Assembly (NCBI GenBank): GCA_016180645.1
Contig: JACPAV010000010.1
Span: forward strand, 1 to 64,000
From: Nitrospirota bacterium
GTDB lineage: Bacteria; JACPQY01
DNA length: 64,000 bases
Direction of reading: 5' to 3'
Position 1 is the first letter of the stretch; each line of letters opens with the position of its first letter. A program made the translations under genes and the position numbers. The notes under the pieces were generated by a model that was not told where the DNA came from, ran no database searches, and saw only the letters and a program-made list of their open reading frames with translations. Below, one piece after another: positions 24,001-28,100 of this stretch.

Positions 24001-24565
24001 CAATCTGGCGGGCACGGACCTGGACAACGACGGCGTGGCGCCCGGCGGCGGCGAACTCACGGCCGATTTCCCGTATCCCACCGTGTATCTGGATGGGGCC
24101 AACACCACCGGAAACCGAGGCGCCGGCGGAATGCCCGGCGCCATCACCCTCGGCAACGTGACCACTCAACCGCTGCTCCATCCCACGGAAGCATTCGTTC
24201 TCTTCGGCGACTCGAACGGCAGGCTGCATTGCATCATCACGGACAACAAAGTCCCGATCGCCGCGGGTCAGCCGGGCGGCGGGGAGCCGTGCGGCCCCTC
24301 CTGGCCCGTTCAGCCGCAAGCGGGCCAAGCCATTGCGGCAGGGCCCCTCGCCTACGACGGCGCGGTGTACTTCGGATACCCAAACGGCCGGGTCTACTCC
24401 TATGTGATCGACAGCGACATCACAACGAATGGCGCCCAACCGCTGGAATCGTATGTCTACAATCTCGGCGTCAACCTGAGCGGCGATATTTCTCTCTCGG
24501 AGGAAACCCCGCGGCGGATCCTCGTCGGGGCCTCGGACGGCCGGCTCTTCTGGCTGCCGAAATGA
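2..24565 (+). CDS. Giant modular Cys/Gly/Thr-rich surface protein/adhesin (>8,180 aa, 5'-truncated): beta-solenoid repeats, six DUF2341-like domains, lectin-like inserts, C-terminal PQQ-like beta-propeller
   Basis: Frame is open from base 2 (DPNSNDFGDLNVVEW...) to TGA 24563-24565, so the true start lies upstream of the window. Recurrent motifs: WxG...WxxxxNW, WxGxWxxKRxITI...YxLYYGN and GAKGQ...GGEENDCD. C-terminal repeats such as GPLAYDGAVYFG and ILVGASDGRLF. Confidence 0.9.
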   Translation, partial: DPNSNDFGDLNVVEWRGTVYTTLADWQGSGNGFDANATEGAPQFISTQAPFDFHERSNFGTWCPCGMQDDPLDGYPATPICNGCSAGVNAACDRTTADPDCWFTFSNHSLAIDTGANAGSYTSFSNEVKDNGGRRNAGRYGDTTEASLSGCLTFDNSWVGKTNTSWSTASNWSTAGVPGAGQAVCIGDPAGFANNPILNADSIIGSLTVRSAFGSGLLAGVLVMDNASGTGGGVCGGATRDCILTATGSVDLQTGATLTFTAGDAGRLRIGRNFTQTGAFGTNSGTVELCAGADDAAVPGNPDCGTAATQCIDASGDFWTLKVTNALGASAACPAPCAGSGFVCTGSNFGIKNSFDSNGKFLASGGAVTLNGASAETITGAAGDAFATLTINDASDPGTITMDFNGTVQVNTALNVADGKLSMTGPDVLAFANGAALSVTMPDGYLTTNLTGGKPTIRGPVDGGNNCTGTYGFNLDGTASTLDVNGVVLRCLNDTGLNFSAAAFARFQDAEFLRPGLVVTNTSRHISLPAAAAFTLIGPTFDGNANYNIYEAAASTATVTVAGGLGAKGEETESGADGTGESNDCDNGDDTYSSGLFGFAANNGCGDNSTASEGKISWTYPHFTWTGTINSDWNNPGNWNRIDKGDSCTTATELWPGQSAVSQYCDVLIMDQANDPVMNVDGITRDLTVANSGVLNPNGKILSVYGNLTKDSSSTFSSSVDLRAVGGNNQNFVFSGASTQTISQLTTNKTVGKAMTLNTSLIVSGTTTVTSGTFRLGGGITFEPQAALTVSSNGTWDLGSSSTTKRGNNVTLDGTFASAGTSVITTNARNAVEASADPCGARNAFNVGAGGAGTLNVSGLTFLCADANGFQIQNGVTLTALNNVTFRHAPSGGTHLTINRAAGSAAKTFTGMAFDPTFNETGCAGASGQIVRSTGGAGSGAITIQDYEYGGTCTDPDAMDTETTIDNVWRSKTNWSGNWRKRLPVTINNTTGAAFDEGRSVHYKTSVAASPGNAVCNGSEDATGPDKREDFRLMASDGAQMDHIPVEIKNFNCPGAGTHDIEFWFKLPRRVPAGGSDTGVSFMYGNDGSATTSPSQPTYDDSELTASAVDCDAVDGAPDYCGEGAEVTITGLWNETHNWTPCFLPDAYTQVVIDEGVTPFRFSPTVNVPVTIRKLDVIDSRATADTTDALVVTTNNLTASGNIEILTNGKIDASASSAAITLAGSWGNSGSFLAGQTTVTFNGTASQSISDTKGTPDPFYNLTISDRVNGTCADRKVCASTSFTIKKNFVSSGDFESTSGTTTFGGTTTQTLTAAAGDIFNNLTINNSGATQADETVTATNSTFSVTGSAGGTLAVSDGTLKLVGATIAKVKTAVDVQSAGTLRTETSGGTPCFTNPQSTSCGASSAGNNFAFTVSGTFDVSGLAVDRADARGLDVQSTATVTQASELLFTNSLGGGASAYINLPNSALAYSFLLPSFDAAPTYNIRATTVNPTAGVIGAGGAKGQEDSTGGNGIGGEENDCDPSDAGYTGAGAGCGSTVDGSQGQITWSYPNFIWEGDCSAAWDDGRNWKTHSNAADYPGCTGGAPCTAGSHDVLIQAPIAAGPDQDGDGCTASNNPTLSAPAAITLRDLTLAGGANLTLSNTSLTLSRTFYKSGAAAVSHTAGTLILNGADVGGATHDVSIYGATELKNFQISHANITARFMGGPLTIDNRLNVTVGTFDLNGNRVIVQGTTTPASALTVTGTLYMPGSSRLELEDVAASLTASITTGRLTTLKNTQGTPTITAKPPGSAPVCNADRSKSFAFNLTGTSILDVDGLNFSCANIAGFTVAAGTNISKFNNVSFTNATPSSAYNGATHMTITGPVTGTTSFSLISFDDSYVEQGVVSVGAVVRARGDNAPVQGSCNSDPPGGGCELFTFTQYSYGGLSAPQTVDETLNGSFIRWTRTANWAARWDKKRQITIRECPAGACDANDVARLYFDSTTVPTGSDLCAASTSAVKGNDIRIYYAASPPQEVPRQMVQMNCTTNVVEIKYKLVNTIGGVPNNDYFLMYGSSNAPDPCTQNPTMCVTLDETLFSDGFERGSLTTNCSDSGAGSCNGDTGIGAGWIENQCNATLDDEAIISDASDNPNVVGGGRGLEVGGLNNGPGVVCADTPQINTTGRRDVHVIYYRRTMDNFAGGNDNYRVQFLDVTSTVRAIEGPTGSGSPWTKMDFLITTPAWIDNGACAPNCNVRVRFKDDGRSDPQLGEDMWVDDIQVVALPLDLDGNVAFGGSCGRRICFSAVETDVRGKWSEPFNWSPKQATDANTDVMINNATTAFRWDPDVDVASAAFSIQVVDSRSSEASDANQLSLSPAATLTVTSGFTVGANGKVGGLREDNLTPGIEANLDVNGMLSVDAGGTLDFTGSSNTLTVAGDFTSNGTFSPGSNTITLDGSSASNQVLTTAPATAFNHLTISYTGTGDVTTASTFSVAGNFTSNGQLNQSAGTITMNGTGAQTFATAAGDILGALTVNNTADPAINQVVMTNSTVRINGAVTISQGAFKIQGSSVLNGGTGLTVGANGRLIVNSTGAGKPLIDSTGAGTNISFAVTGKLDVNGLTLRRLNNFGLVVNSGAQVLALNEVGFETGQNGAGSVYIGLPTDGVDYFFLLPTFDANAAYNIKVAAGYPGVNTVRVEAAAGAKGQDDSTGGNGIGGEENDCDPGDAGYTGSGAGCGSTTDASQGRIAWSYPNYIWDGDNGVGGDSDGLWTTASNWKSGLAPSTGDCPSTDDVLIATPAVNDCSGGTAPCWPAFGAGSVFVNNLTLAAGTTLTVSTAGTFGICGDFFKSGTAALSHTAGTIEARGANSKDFTLLGNATFNAFRLNKGAAATTLTLKSGDLTVNTVTNLDVGTLDLAGRTLTSVGNLTVAANGVLNLTSVSALKMGNTAAAAVNGKLTSPSGSNPTITGNGAPCTAGRYGFTVSGAGAILDLYALNFSCANASGFNVQSTVPVGGFVRMDNVNFTNALSGGTHFRVDRSAGPDGFTFSLQNPSFDNSFTEGSGFIVRAVGNGAPAQASCNPDPPAGGCEIITFNNFSYGGSGSPPNLDEQTSGILARWTRAQRWKGNWQKRRQITINNTGSAADTVRLYFDGTTNPTASSLVGQTFSAPNCDDLRVYYNGAPKQDVARSVLQCTSSVIEIKFKLVNAITSAPNNEYFLYYGNPAAATPPTYTADTVLFQDGFERPTGATVGNGWVEQVADPELTGICAAGGSSAGVAVGHTNSDPNGGGAAGGSLANSFLYRTLSTSGSRRIVVTYTRKTTADNNFDNNDFFRMEACSAAGACAPVTETAGYPCTALSGSLSWVGARTSIDYNQQFATVECVLGAAYENNANFALMFDMDRDIAFDEDLCVDDVKIESKPLNIDMKTGQASVSAVEEPTTGEFTDPFNWTPFGSPDTTTLARIEYGELISGVANNFRHGPDVDAATTVFSLDAINTQSAVDGAGDALNITTAALSTIGYMNVGTNGKVDASTSSVTLQVGGNWTDAGAVGKGYLAGTTTVQLNGAGAQVVTTSKDLYNLTVSNTAAAGINVTTASSFKVTNLFSSNGKFVASTPSTITLEAAANKAFAATGACTGPGYTDCDAFFNVTFNNTGAAGSDRYSASDSRFRVNGVMALTDGVFVLNGDGADADALNGQIIFGPSALLDLQAGAELETRKTNAAKHCDANDAAPWAIDDPANTFPKLTTSSAASYFAFNSAGTMDFDGLIVERPNNNGLTITSTASDRLVAFRDVCFVSGQNSGAHARYFAAPNASVSYFLLRPYFDAGAIYNVYTPNAVPTVTMAQAQGPTGEETESGADGTGESKDCDGGDASYAPTPSAAAPTNAGCGDAGATSQGRVIWVYPGFIWTSATGVANKWDDAGNWSCAVTPTCTDAMCDTDGNGGGDVTGAKWPDVTTPGCTILILDQDDDPDLSGALNAVSKDLVVATGTLNITTSGNLDVTGDLFRGADSDPATFNTGNGDAEINPSVAGGPIRMGTAAGTDAALQRITLSGGGALRKLTIRNGNNGADTTPNTPDDGTVRLEDNISIRNVVNVDDGILDLNGKTVSMDDAASFSVNLNGRLKTSGVSTITAMDSNTATPEIDCQASRFVFDINGSADIDGLDVACANSNGIHVASTATLTTAAPQLEKFRDVRFHQGVSGGTHFTIERPSGWSNDSAGTLDCPDAGLVLFRDFKFDGTFNEATGHIARGSGVAGGAEERIRFCDYFFGGVNDPSGLDQETNITLLWGRSPVWNGNWDYKRAVTVCPPGICPAPQSTAKKGRARIHLTGADAADVFGNSRADANDVRIVGFVANTGKFEVREVQRVIDTFNATDVILRFDLIQDASVDNRDYTLYFGNPGAAAPAAWTPPSNPPVTRDQDSGHVTVAARSTIAGLWSEPFNWTPMGAPDENSTAVIDASTQCFRNAPTLDAAVDLAKDSTNDDDYKVFSILARDTRTGCPPAAAAALTLTAEPFQVQRDMCIGIGGSTCAGATGLSAQVDAAGLTTTFKIGRHWRDKAPAAQGFLPGNTTIELNGTGLQEIDISNNKDFYNLTVTNSSAAVSCAGPTSGVCTDDSFGVLKNLTSNGRMGVGPGVPGTVTFRGSANQSLSLNVDGAAPDDNLNSVTVDNSGGVPNNVVTLTANGRMDGALAVNGGVFSITGLKQIKVGSAVSVALGGTFRAAPDGGGKPILVDTSSSDGAAANCSSDYSFDLDGVADVSGLEVRCVDAAGVDVSVSGTLTAWNEVEFSRPSSPGAGSRYMNFANVASICAGATCSILLNSFDANTDKNVRIAAGAGLALDMVNALGAKGQREACPGAGGNNLGGEEYDDDPDDVTGGGSVDCPLTEGRITWRYAHYLWLGGAGAGCATATAQAICWENANNWQVNPTSGGTCDAPPSYPNNAAASNGCDILILDQPNDPTLVTDIDIRDLLLVGGTVLTVNAGSTTQSLRREFFKSAAADIAHNSGTFTLSQAGNANLTVFGGETFQSLRLDKGVLADTITLNGGNLAVLGNTTLDRGTLNLNGYSLTQGTAGGGNLTVTDGNGGLTLTGASQLVMAAGRTALVAGSFTSTPSGGISPTVTSTAPGGSGADCVDRFGAFDVTGGTVNVTGMNVSCGNSGAEADGWNIGAGATLANFNNVSFTKTRPNTTHFTINRADTAAAATLTGLSFDCSYYQNWTGTPASCTTLGSGRIARGVGGGTPTQPTCDPDPPGANCEQVTFAQYTVPAGVNPSAQDEALNGMFIRWTRILRWGGDYAFKRALTVANPGPGNYAAGDVGEVELTGAAATQIYGASQTDGDDFRLFYAGSGAPVERSIDRVNSTFSLTLVKFRFQINPAVNSTASDPNYLLVYGNPSLAAGPSVDLGDKLLQDKFERAASTNLGNAEFPAGAPGPFAWSETVGDSDIKAGVLEGVGTLVVGGAVAGLNADVQIPRPTTTYASISVSYNRSSGTNFGGTLADQYIVEWTTANPPVGACGTWNVVESIGNSVGGTVSFNLGGGASNSPDFRLRFCQIKDSGFDGNLAIDNLLLTAGSVDAPPSSMSAGAAVSIKGDMSEYFNWTVSGARAGNGAIGSDTNTELEIDSVAQAFYYRPELNANIGVFALRALSTTSGDPTDTNALYLHDPDSNPAANSVTLTTQGQVKIGDNAAGKTALVQNALQVLDVGGEFLVDTGSTVNATLPAVGTGTIRTAGNFTISGTFTPGSTTVELDGTGTSDQTISHTGDFYHLTVSRTGTGKVITSNSFAVKRNFTSNGKFAASAGTVTLNSSSENQTLTTASGDAFFGLTVSNTGGGTTVSTATSFAVKKDFTSNGRFVASAGTVDFSGTTNQSVSAAAGDQFFGLTVSNGGGGTTVSTSSSLAVKGNFASNGKFSASAGTMDFNGTANQTITTTSADTFSGLTVSNSGVGATVSTATSLGVLGGFASNGKFRATAGTITLKGTANAGLTVATGDELWTLAMDKTGTAGNDILTVSGGSAKALGGLTLTDGIFRMTGPVSLTVTGAISQASAATLQTDQTGGKPTLSGPAAGYLAYAPSGPLNLDGLALNRLTNPGLDLSANPTLTFFRDVDFTNGQNGASSRYVTLPAAAVNWTFRRPGFDASAVYNVYTTSASPIVFVAGATGAKGQDDSTAGNGIGGEENDCDPSDTGGCGDTSDALQGQISWAYGTYIWEGDVSSSWATGANWLGNPAGPPTTADDVLIIAPLPGGFDPVIGAAATAKRLWIAGTGNLTVGANLAIEGDLIKAATSTWSHTAGTVTFQGGVNQTINVGGTPNFLNLTIAKGGGTVSTASSFNVAGNWSSDGTLRASAGTVTFNSATADQTFAAVGTDEFYNLAVSKAGAFKVTTVSSFKVKNNLASDGRFEATAGTVTLEGTGNKTFTAACPTPYTTCDEFFNLSLNNSGGAGSDQYNLGASDFEVKGALTLVDGVINLTGTANVYFGPGATLNVQVNAELEARKSTASEHCDADDASPWSIGAASFPKLTTSAGNFAFSPNPAGKLDFDGLIIDKLNDNGLTLAAGTNLVAFNDVCFTGGQNGASSRYIAAPSAAVSYLFTRPYFDGSAVYNVYTPDSTPLVVISGAQGVKGQEDAVDGDGIGGEENDCDAVDYGYAPTPNAAAPTNAGCGSTGNFAQGRVIWSYPAFTWTSATGVATKWDDAGNWSCVVTATCFDADCDTDGAGGADTTGAQWPIATTTGCTALIVDRDDDPDLSGALSAAVKDMVVASGTLNVSTSGLLMVYGNLFRGQDNTPATFNAGDRDAEINHTSGEVQMMGASALQSVILVGGGSLWNFTAANASNGADTFNNTADDGTVRLEDNVSIRNAITVNDGILDLNGKTVHVDNGKTFTINTTGRFKAAGTSTVTAIDSNTGTPYVVDCQASGFVFNANGALDVTGLDFYCANDNGFNMAATALTGASENFRSVAFHDVVDTAGIAGAPTHLTVARPEGWNNDNGGAWDCSNPGLTLFKSMQFDGTFGEGTGQIVRSSSAAGGAQERIRFCTYFAGVISNPDKDDCDVDTKTPVPPCSADADEIDNVWERSVYWAGNWDSRRSVLIHPSTPARGEVIIHLTDGSNGNPTAATLYNASSSAVKCDDFRVLAYVANDNKFEYRDVGRIIDSCTNLDVQVRFYVLKNAGDSNLDYTLYYGNPNATAPGPFTPPNPSVTVSTDANSPGSPCGKKVCVQAEVSTAGLWSDPYNWVPAGRPDENTYVTLDDSTVGCANAPPGGCFRHDPELDGEQTGTATGATATTLSDTAQAWATNQWAGGTVEITSGTGVGQTRSILSSTNTTVTVASAWGTTPASGSGYKLAVQGLALYLDVLDTTSSAADNDALNLLGANSMKVGWLQPGNDALYYTSDDVSVGGNVTIGANGKVNGAGATGTIRVRGNFTNNGVGAGAFTAGSTRVIFDGTAAQTLGGGNATTFYNLWTLRANATPLYISGATTTLNVTKGFTLASGGIWDHCAGTVKIAGGETVTVNGNLRTNDATNCASAATPTVTSTDEVTPTRYNFNLNGIVEVNALNFKFATCAGMNITATGIILKLDNVNFTNAQSAGTCGHLTINIPGPARETLFNATFDSSFNIASAGYSGETASVGYNVKVCDTNATNHISGTGNDVVVTVGAPSAGGGAGFGENFDREDPPDDGTGATSNDCAAANDARIDWSSNISTTPGLTVGKVRGKPAVALDVFSVFKGNYLATGNAAGTQGIYLMGNNAGLKYGSNAGYTWDPVATGDGEIVGEPVYVSERWCPDNRDTVYMGTTTGRVLKLIDTGTPTGGTCPADGSGLCAIDFNGGAAGIGLSLGDEVTGPMAADGEFLYVPVLQGGVPKLKSLELGDSYDCNLATCDVATDPPGGGCAGFAGNCASDPIAAGCHELFTLCNNLGFQDCAAVGTGTGRVESRPAVITDTDADCGVQFTYITLAGLNGSPGGVLQRGKVSKFAASPGCGFQATPTYSMGTAYATAGDVTANITFDTYLLAGSVLEGAANPVFYALNPTGINLAGTDLDNDGVAPGGGELTADFPYPTVYLDGANTTGNRGAGGMPGAITLGNVTTQPLLHPTEAFVLFGDSNGRLHCIITDNKVPIAAGQPGGGEPCGPSWPVQPQAGQAIAAGPLAYDGAVYFGYPNGRVYSYVIDSDITTNGAQPLESYVYNLGVNLSGDISLSEETPRRILVGASDGRLFWLPK
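17201..17885 (+). repeat. Four tandem ~171-bp (57-aa) beta-solenoid repeats inside the giant gene
   Basis: Unit GDxFFGLTVSNxGGGTTVSTxxSxAVKxxFxSNGxFxASAGT...; DNA copies begin at 17369 and 17540 (171 bp apart). Confidence 0.85.
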
Positions 24566-25128
24566 GACTTCTTGTTGCCTTCCTCATGGGACTGTGGCTT
24601 GCAGTACCGGTCTGGGCCGAGAGCCGCCCTGTTCGGGCGGTAGACAGCAAGGCCCTCAAGGAAAAGTTCTCCTTCACCACAAGGGCATCGGTGCCCGGAA
24701 TCGAACGGGCAGGGGCGACGTTCGAAACAGCCTTCCAGTACCTCGGCGGCCTCAAAGGCGTGGAAAAGATCGCCCTCCGGACATGGGACCCCATCTACGA
24801 GATCGTTTCCGGCTCGGGGCCGTCCGCCTGGGCGGGAGAAACCGTGATGGATCGCGCGAAAACCAATCTCGTGAAAGGCCGTTCATTCCGGATTCCGGCC
24901 GGCTCGGTCGGCGCGGGGGAGTTCCGCTTCCGTCTCAAGCGGCGTGTGCCTGAAGCGGACGAACCATGGATGACGCTCGAAAAGGAGCGCCGGATCAAGA
25001 CGCTGTCGGTCGATGAAGTCGAGTTGAAGGGGAAGGAACTGGGACTCTACGACGTCGAATTCGAGGTGGAGGTGAAATACTCGGACGGCCGGGCGGAGAA
25101 GACCGCTCTGAATATTGAAGTCCGCTGA
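24562..25128 (+). CDS. Secreted hypothetical protein (188 aa)
   Basis: ATGA overlap with the giant gene stop; signal peptide MRLLVAFLMGLWLAVPVWA. Confidence 0.8.
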   Translation: MRLLVAFLMGLWLAVPVWAESRPVRAVDSKALKEKFSFTTRASVPGIERAGATFETAFQYLGGLKGVEKIALRTWDPIYEIVSGSGPSAWAGETVMDRAKTNLVKGRSFRIPAGSVGAGEFRFRLKRRVPEADEPWMTLEKERRIKTLSVDEVELKGKELGLYDVEFEVEVKYSDGRAEKTALNIEVR

Positions 25129-28100
25129 AGTGCTCCGCTCTGCGTCATTCCTCGCCCTGCTGTTCACCGTTCACTGTTTTCTCCTCGCTCGCTCCGCCTG
25201 GGCCGTGTGCCCGGACGGCGCGGCAACGACGTGCTACTACGTAAACGATTGCTGTACGAGGAATGATGTCTATACGTACGCAGCGGATGCGGACATGGCT
25301 ACCGGGGATGACACACTGGCGTGCGCCTCTTACGAGAGTACGGCGACCCCGGCCCGAAGTATTCGCGAGATCATCACGAGTTGTCCTCTGGCGGCCAACA
25401 CTCGTATTTTTGTCGACACAGGATTCTATCTCAGCCGCCAATACACCGTGGACTGTTCGGTCGTGGATACGGCCAACGCCTGCGAGCTGGGCGGCGCCGA
25501 TCCCGCCGGCGTGGCGCCCTTCAATGATGCAGGAGCCGCGGGAAACATCCTCATTCAAGTGCCGAATATCGCCATCATCGGCGTCCCTTTCCCCGGCGGA
25601 ACCGTGGTGGACGGTCACGGCGCCACCGGCGGCGGCTCGGCTCAAACCAATGTTTTCTACATCGATGGTCCCGGCGGCGCGGACAGCGTGCGAATCCAGA
25701 ACATCGACATACCCCACGGCCAGCGAGGGATCTTCATCGACGATGCCGACAATAACATGATCGAAGGCGTCCTTTCACGGGACCATACAGGGGGGCCGCA
25801 GACCGGCATCGAGGAGCAACTCGGAAGCAACAACTACTTCCGAAACGTCGTCACGGCGAACAACGGGAAAAGGGGTCTCGTTCTCCTGGGGGCCGCAACC
25901 GCGGTTGTGGAGAACGGCACGTTCTACATGGATGGGTCCGCCGGTGGCGACATGAACGTTCTCGTGGGCAGCCAGGGTGGCACGGACTCCAGCAATGTGT
26001 CGATCCGGAACAGCATCTTCTTCATCGAAACCGGAAACAGGAGAGGACTCGTTGTGAACGACGGCAGCCAGGCCGGCTTCCGCAGTAACTTCAACAATTT
26101 CATCCGCGACACGGCAAGTGCGGACTGCGGTCGTTGGAGGGGGACGAACGCGACCACGTTGGCCGACTGGCAGGCTTGCACGGACAACAACAACTGCGGC
26201 GACGGTGCCACCTGCACCGCCGCCACCACCGAGTGCCTGGACGGCGGCGGCGGCGCCGACTCCTGCGATTGCGAAAGCGGCTCCGAACTTCTGGTTGCAA
26301 CCACCCACCCCGTTGACAGCGCGGACCGCGATTTTCACATGAAGGGCCGATTCGGCCATTTCGACGTCGGCGAACCGACGTGGTTCAACACCGCCGATTC
26401 CGACGGGGACGGGATCATCGATGAGGGACCGTTCGAGATCTTCACGTGGGGGGACGAGATCACGTACACCGTCTCGCCCCTCGATACGGGGTGCAACGTG
26501 GCCACCGGAGCCTGCGCCGCGCGAGGGATCGCTCCCACGGGTAATTCGAGCAATTTGGAGCACGAAGGCAACAGCGACCGCCCAAACGCCGAGGGATACG
26601 CCCAGAACTACGGCGCCTCCCGCGGCAGCTTCACGCTTCCACTGACGGCCGCGGTCGTCCAGGGCACGCTGGGCGACCCGGACCTCATCGGGGGAACGCC
26701 GCCCACGCGCACCATGGGGGTGGGGGAGCCCGCGCTCATAGTAACGCTCACCCACACCGGGGGGGCCGCGAACAGCGATACGTTCATCCTCGGCGACATG
26801 GATCCGGCAGACGTGTGCACGGCGCCGGGGACACTGGCCGGCCCCGGGTCCTCTTATCTCCAGATTACGGACGGCGTGGACACGATGGTCGCCTACCTAT
26901 CCGACATGAAAATCGGCGTCCCCACCGACTGGTGCATCGATCCGGGCGAAGCGGCCACGCTCTACTTCCAAGCCTACCGGCCGATGCCGGAGGGTTTCTA
27001 CAGCGGCGACTACTTCGCCACGCTCGTCCTGAGAGGCTGGATGTACATCAAGGACCACTTCAGCATGGCGGGAATCAACACCCTGTCCTTCTTCCGCGAT
27101 TTCATCCAGAACAAGCCCCGGCAGATGCGCGGCACGATCGGAGGGGTCAACAATTTCGGCGCGTTCGTGGACGGCCTCGTCCCCTTTCCGGACCAGGCGG
27201 TTACGACGACCAACAAATGGACCGTTCGCGGAGGCGGCGTGGCCACGGCGGACGTGGCGCGCCCGATCTACGTGCCCGGCTGTTTCGACGCCACCAACGC
27301 CGGCGCCAACGCGAACAACTCGGCCTTCACCATCCGCGCCGTGGACGGAACGGCGGACAACATCGTCCTCAGCGTATGCGAGAATGGGACCGGCGCGTAC
27401 AGCCTCAGCGCGTCCGTCGGAGGGTGCGACGGCGCGAGCGACAGCTACGTCCTCATTCAAGACATGAACGGCGGCACGTATCGCACCTGTTCGGCCACGG
27501 CGGGCGTTGTGACACCGTGCGCGCTGGCCACGACCTGCGCGGCCGGCAGCACCGCGGTGACCTTCAACACGGGCGGAGATATGGGGGCGCTGTGCAACGG
27601 CCCGGCCACCGTCGAACTGGGACTCTACGATGGCGCGGCCGTTACCGTGCGCACGATCCCCGAGCCGGTTTACATTGTGGACAGCGCCACGGCCAACTGC
27701 CGCACCTCCCGCATCCAGTACGTCCAGGGCACCCGGGATATGATTCCGGGGGGGGCGATCCAGGATACCCGTGCGGTGGGCGCCTCATTCGACCCGGAGC
27801 TGTCCATCCGGACGGTCTGGAACGATCGGGGGACGATTCAGGATGATCCGGCCAACACGTTTTCGGGCCTCACGATCATGGATGCCGAGGCCCAGAGCGT
27901 TACCGATGCCTCGCCGCGCACGGTGAGCTCCTACTGCGATCCGACGGGCGACAGTTGCGACGGCGGCGGCGCGAACCCCCTCCAAGTCGGGGAGAGCATG
28001 TACATCACGTTCGACGATGCAACCAACAACGGAGTGGACGACGCAGCGCCCAACATCCCGGCCGGCATGTGCAACGGCACCGCTGAACTGCGGCTCAACG

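Noticed and set aside
359-24439. Long antisense and alternate-frame ORFs (e.g. 359-3412, 11861-14785, 16892-19786 on -)
   Set aside because: Shadow ORFs of a GC3-biased giant gene; low-complexity translations with no recognisable motifs.
24229-24561. N-terminal extensions given by the ORF track (also 30163-30462, 30870-31124, 37040-37204, 37546-37848, 54501-54617, 58710-58895)
   Set aside because: They overlap the upstream genes; stop/start overlaps and signal or leader peptides indicate the shorter starts used above.
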